From: Chrysomallon squamiferum
Taxonomy: Eukaryota > Animalia > Mollusca
NCBI GenBank assembly: GCA_012295275.1
Contig: CM022679.1
Coordinates: forward strand, 14,942,001 to 15,006,000
DNA: 64,000 nt
Direction: 5' to 3'
Both the position numbers and the translations under genes were made by a program. Below the pieces are notes generated by a model, which was not told the DNA's origin, did no database searches, and worked only from the letters and a program-made list of their open reading frames with translations. Below are positions 59,579-64,000 of this stretch, in pieces (position 1 is the first letter of the stretch; every line of letters starts with the position of its first letter).

Positions 59579-61961
59579 CTGAAAAATAAAAATGATTAAA
59601 TAGTCAGTAAAGAATAATAATAATAATTTTAAAAAAAAAAAAAAAACCCCACTTTCATGAGACTCAGATGCTAATTATCACTGGGAACAGGTTCATGTGA
59701 AATGTATTTGTAAATGATTGGTTGGTATGTGAGAAAGTGTGTAATGAAAAATAAAACAGTGAATTAATCTGAATTCATTTCAAAAGAAACCACTCAAAAA
59801 ATGTAATGTCTAATGAAACAATTAAACATCCAGTAACCTTTTAGAAAATAACTAAATGTTATTTAAGAAAATATGCAGATTAGATTCATAAATTTTGTTT
59901 AATTTCTTGCTGTTTCTCAAATGAATATTAAAAATAAATGCATCTTCAGAACTATCCAATCATTTTTATTTTATTTATTAATTTTTAATGGAATGTACAC
60001 TGAGAACATCTTGTTTTTTTTTCAGCCATTCAAATTACATGGATGTAATTAATGTGTTTTAACGTTTTAATAAAACTCACCTCTACTTTCTGCAGCTGTT
60101 GGAACTGCTCGAGCCTTTTTGTTTTGGTAAAGTTGCCAAAGAAATCCTTTGAAGGCTAGAAATAAAACAAAATTTTAAAAATATTATTCTTAAATAAATA
60201 AATTTATACTGAGTATTAAAACAGTTCACATTTAAAAGCGATGACATTTTTATTTTAAACAAAATCTTGAATTTAAAACTGAAATATAATGGTCAAATGA
60301 AACTTCACTCCAAATGTAATGCAGAATTCAGGTAATGGAGACTCAGGCTTTGTAGTTTTTTGCCCATGTTAGCTGTAATACCAGATAACAAGAATTTATC
60401 TGAAACTAACATTTTTGGATATTAACTTAATTAATTTCCCATTGTATTTACTATGTTTGTTAGAAATAAACCTTATGCAGTATTCAGTTTATGGCTTGTC
60501 ATCAGAAGTGACTGCCAATTTTAAGTGTAATTAAAATAAACTTAATTAATGGAGACTCATGCCTTGTAAACTTTGCTCTCGTTATTAATAATAATAATAA
60601 TAATTATTATTATTATCATTATTATCATGATCATGATCAATCATCATTATCATAATTATTATAGTAAAAAAATAATTTAAAAAAATGGCTTTCTACATTT
60701 TACCATTATTTAAAAGCAAATCATTATTATAGTTAATTGTGAGGGTTTTAAATCTGTATTTTACTAACTAGAACACACTAGTATGGATTCATTTATTTAC
60801 CTTTTCTTCTGCTATTACAGGTTTCAGTTTTTTCAGATGGTTTGGTACAGCAGGGATGTTGTCCTTCATTCCACTACAGATGTCTTTGCTCTGTCTGTAA
60901 CAACAAAGTAATAAAATGTTTTATGATTTAACAGACTCAACACATTTTCTTTACTGGACATTGCATCAAAGGACCATTCAGATAACAAGAGACAAAACCT
61001 ACTATATCAAGGTCTACTCTTTTCTGATTAGCAGCAAATTATCTTTTATATGCACCATCCCAGAGAAAGGATGGCACATTTCGTAACAGATGTAATGATG
61101 GTGGTAGTGGTTGTATTAGTAGTGTACCAGTAATGGTAGTCACAGTGGTAGTAGTAGTGTACAAGTAATGGTAGTCACAGTGGTAGTAGTAACAATAGTA
61201 GTTGTAGCTCAAAAGTGTAACCGTAGTAATAGTAATAATAATAGTAACCAAAGTAGCAATAATAATTTTTAAAACCTAAAAAAGAAAATAGTAGAATTAA
61301 TATGTAAAGCCGATAGATAATTTATAATATTTTACAATGTCCATTACAAATGAGGATTTTAAAAATATTTTAAATGTTTTTTCACTACTTACACACAGTT
61401 TGGGTGATTGCGAGCTTCACTTCTTCTCATCTTTTCCAGTTCCACCTAAAACAGAAAAATTAATAATCTATAGAGACAATATTAATAACAATAACAATTT
61501 ATTTAAAAAAAAATATATGCTCTTAACAAAAAACCCTCAAGTAAAACAAATAAAATAAAAATAAATAAGAAAACAAAAAAGATAGATATTATTTAACTGC
61601 CATTTTTAACTGAATTGTTTATAAAATGCTATGAATTAAAAGACTTGAAGCTTATTAACAACAAAAAATAATCTCAGAAATATTAGTACAAATCATTAAC
61701 AACATCACTGAATCACAACCTAACAGCAACACTTGGTAATGAACTGCAGTATCAAGATACTTTTTTAATCAAAAATAATCTGTCTTTATTAAGTATACAA
61801 GACTACAAACCTCTCTGGCTATTAACTGCTTGGCTGCATAAGTTAACTGTTTGTGCTGCTTTAGTCCAGAAAATTTTACTATTTCCTCGATATTACTGTA
61901 AAGAAAAAATCATTCTGTATGACAATACCAACTTTAGAATGAATATATCAAAAAAAACAAA

Positions 61962-61992
<31 letters not shown>

Positions 61993-63336
61993 ATTAAAAT
62001 AATAATAAATTAAATCTGAAACTTGAGTGCAGTATTTGTATACTGTAGAAATTAAATATAGCATTTGCAATGTAGAAAATCTTGTTGCAATTAGATTCAG
62101 GTGGTGAGATGGATATGGAGTAACTGGTAAATGTTTGTTGACAACTATAATATGTTGTATAAGTAACAAGAGTAATATATTATAATATAAAACAAAATGT
62201 AATGTCATGGTTACTAAATAATTATTATTTAAATGCTACCAGCTATTTCTTTGTGATGTAGGTATTTGGAGTGATGTGGGGGTTTTTTGTTCGGTTTTTT
62301 TTGATGGTTTTTTTTTATCTTTTATTTAAATTTGTAAACTAATTTTATACTAACTGTATTCATTCAAACTTTGTGTATCTACTTGTATACTTGACTAATA
62401 TCAATTACTGTTAATAACTACGTCCATCTATGTCTTCACAATTTGTGTGTGTTTGTGTTTGTGTAAAAGACAACAAAAACTTATAGGTAACAACAAAGAC
62501 TTAGTGATAAGAATAACAGATTTACAGGTAAAAATCAAAAGACTTACGGATCTAGCAGGTAAGTGTACTGTCCTTCAGGAGTTTTTTCTTGGTGGTATGT
62601 CAGGTTGTAGGCAATCATGATGCTTACTAAATTAGCCATTTCTTCTTTTTCTCTTTTGCTGTACAGCTGTGTATTTACCTAATTTTCAACAATAACAATA
62701 TTAATAATAATAAAAAACTAAGTACATATATTAGATTTTAATTAATGGATATTTAATTAAAAGAATAGCATGATAATTATATTTATTTAGTATTAAATTA
62801 TTAAAATAGCTAATAATAATAATAATAATAGTAAGTTTAAACAAATTATAAAACAACAACAAATAACTTTTATTTTCTAATTTGCAAAACAACATCAAAC
62901 ATTTTTTAAAAAAAATTAAAATCTTATATTCATTCAATAAAATCATTATTATGCATTAAGGCAATAAATATTTTGTATTTGAATGTCCACCATTCAGTAG
63001 AAACTTCATAAAAATAGATTTCATCCAGAACTGAATGATTTCTGCAGCCCCAAGATTTAGTGAATTTTAAAATGAAAATCCTTAGTAAAACCTCAAAACT
63101 TAATTTACATAAGGTTGCAAAGGCTGTAAAGACAATAATTGTAAAAGAATCCAGTGACATAAAAGTTGTGCGGTGAAAGTGCCTACAGGTCGTAAAGTAG
63201 GATGAATAATTCCCAGAAATGGTGGCAACACATCAAGAACCATGCAGGAAGCACTGAGGAACTTTTTGACAGCAGGAGACATGTCAGTGAGCAGGGTTGT
63301 GGTTAGGTTCAAACATCTCGTCTGCTTCATCCAGTT
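59475..63336 (-). CDS. CHTF18: Chromosome transmission fidelity protein 18 (Ctf18, alternative RFC clamp-loader large subunit); 3' part only, seven exons, 5' part beyond the window
   Basis: Spliced translation ...PTLRP|VNTQLYSKREKEEMANLVSIMIAYNLTYHQEKTPEGQYTYLLDP|NIEEIVKF...QLTYAAKQLIARE|VELEKMRRSE...PNHL...EEK|PSKDFFG...|...VIWFHFKEGYSNAVRRNIKVQDFL*. The C-terminal WFxFxEGxSNAVRR motif is the Ctf18 Dcc1/Ctf8-binding tail. Confidence 0.93.
60081..60155 (-). CDS. CHTF18: CHTF18 penultimate exon (PSKDFFGNFTKT...)
   Basis: TAG acceptor at 60157-60156, GTGAGT donor at 60080; conserved KDFFG motif; 75 nt as given, phase mismatch with the last exon (see findings). Confidence 0.83.
60801..60894 (-). 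CDS. CHTF18: CHTF18 exon (QSKDICSGMKDNIPAVPNHLKKLKPVIAEEK)
   Basis: CAG acceptor at 60896-60895, GTAAAT donor at 60800; 94 nt, phase 2 to 0. Confidence 0.85.
61117..61186. repeat. 35-bp tandem duplication within a (GTA)-rich tract in a CHTF18 intron
   Basis: TAGTAGTGTAC(C/A)AGTAATGGTAGTCACAGTGGTAG twice, one mismatch. Confidence 0.85.
61393..61445 (-). CDS. CHTF18: CHTF18 exon (VELEKMRRSEARNHPNC)
   Basis: TAG acceptor at 61447-61446, GTAAGT donor at 61392; 53 nt, phase 0 to 2. Confidence 0.88.
61811..61895 (-). CDS. CHTF18: CHTF18 exon (NIEEIVKFSGLKQHKQLTYAAKQLIARE)
   Basis: CAG acceptor at 61897-61896, GTTTGT donor at 61810; 85 nt, phase 2 to 0. Confidence 0.9.
62548..62678 (-). CDS. CHTF18: CHTF18 exon (VNTQLYSKREKEE...GQYTYLLDP)
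   Basis: AG at 62680-62679, GTAAGT donor at 62547; 131 nt, phase 0 to 2. Confidence 0.92.
63187..63336 (-). CDS. CHTF18: CHTF18 exon (NWMKQTRCLNL...IIHPTLRP)
   Basis: AG acceptor at 63338-63337, GTAGGC donor at 63186; 150 nt; overlaps track ORF 63100..63330. Confidence 0.88.
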
Positions 63337-64000
63337 CTAAAAACAGTCAGTTCAATAAGATTAAAACTTTGTTGAATAAATGCATAAATTGGCATTAATG
63401 GCAACTATTATAAAAATATGTTAAAAATGTACTTAATATTAATATATAGAAATAAAAATTCTGATATTTCTTCCATTATGTAACTTAGCCAAATTTAGCC
63501 AATCAACTAATACAAAACAAAAGTGAGTATTATGTTCCTCCAATCAGAAACTCTGTAACATATTAATCATAAAGATATGTGATTATGGAAAAAATATAGA
63601 CTGAAACTTTTAAAATTAATTTTATAATAATCTAAACAATGGATTGAATCTTTTTTTCATTTTTTTTCCAGTATGGTTATTGTGAAATATTTTACAGAAA
63701 TGAGAATTAATTAATTTTATAACAACTTAAAAAGCAAAATTAAGAGTAAGTCCACAAATAATCAATTAATATTTTGTCCTAATGCTGACAAATGACACCA
63801 AGATGACATTTGATTCTAGTTTCTTTTCTTTTCTTTTTAAAAGGATTTTTTGGTTGTCATTATAATATTACTAGTTTAAACAAAACAACCAAGCATCTAG
63901 TCAACACAGGAATAATCACAAAGTTTAACTACATAAACTTTAACTGTATAATATATATACATGTAATTTATGTAGTTAAATAATATATATTAACTTACTT

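Overview
AT-rich, microsatellite-dense animal (invertebrate, probably lophotrochozoan/mollusc-like; inferred, not established) genomic DNA with two intron-containing genes arranged tail to tail. (1) A complete + strand PRD-class Q50 homeobox gene, DRGX/Drg11/Prrxl1-like: six coding exons from ATG 34143 to TAG 48280, 402 aa, with an MFCFHCPP N-terminus, the homeodomain, a long acidic linker and a C-terminal OAR motif. (2) The last seven coding exons of CHTF18/Ctf18 on the - strand (63336 down to the stop at 59475), with a one-nucleotide frame inconsistency before the last exon. The first ~34 kb has no supportable coding sequence. It alternates simple repeats with many CpG-containing, TAAT-rich islands that look like the cis-regulatory landscape and possible non-coding first exons of the homeobox gene. 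Almost all ORFs in the supplied track are microsatellite artefacts. I found no clearly new biological system. The best leads are a 10-bp-period array and hairpin overlapping the Drgx stop codon, an exonic CRE cluster, the CHTF18 frame anomaly, a possible OAR-less isoform, and several fold-back repeats.
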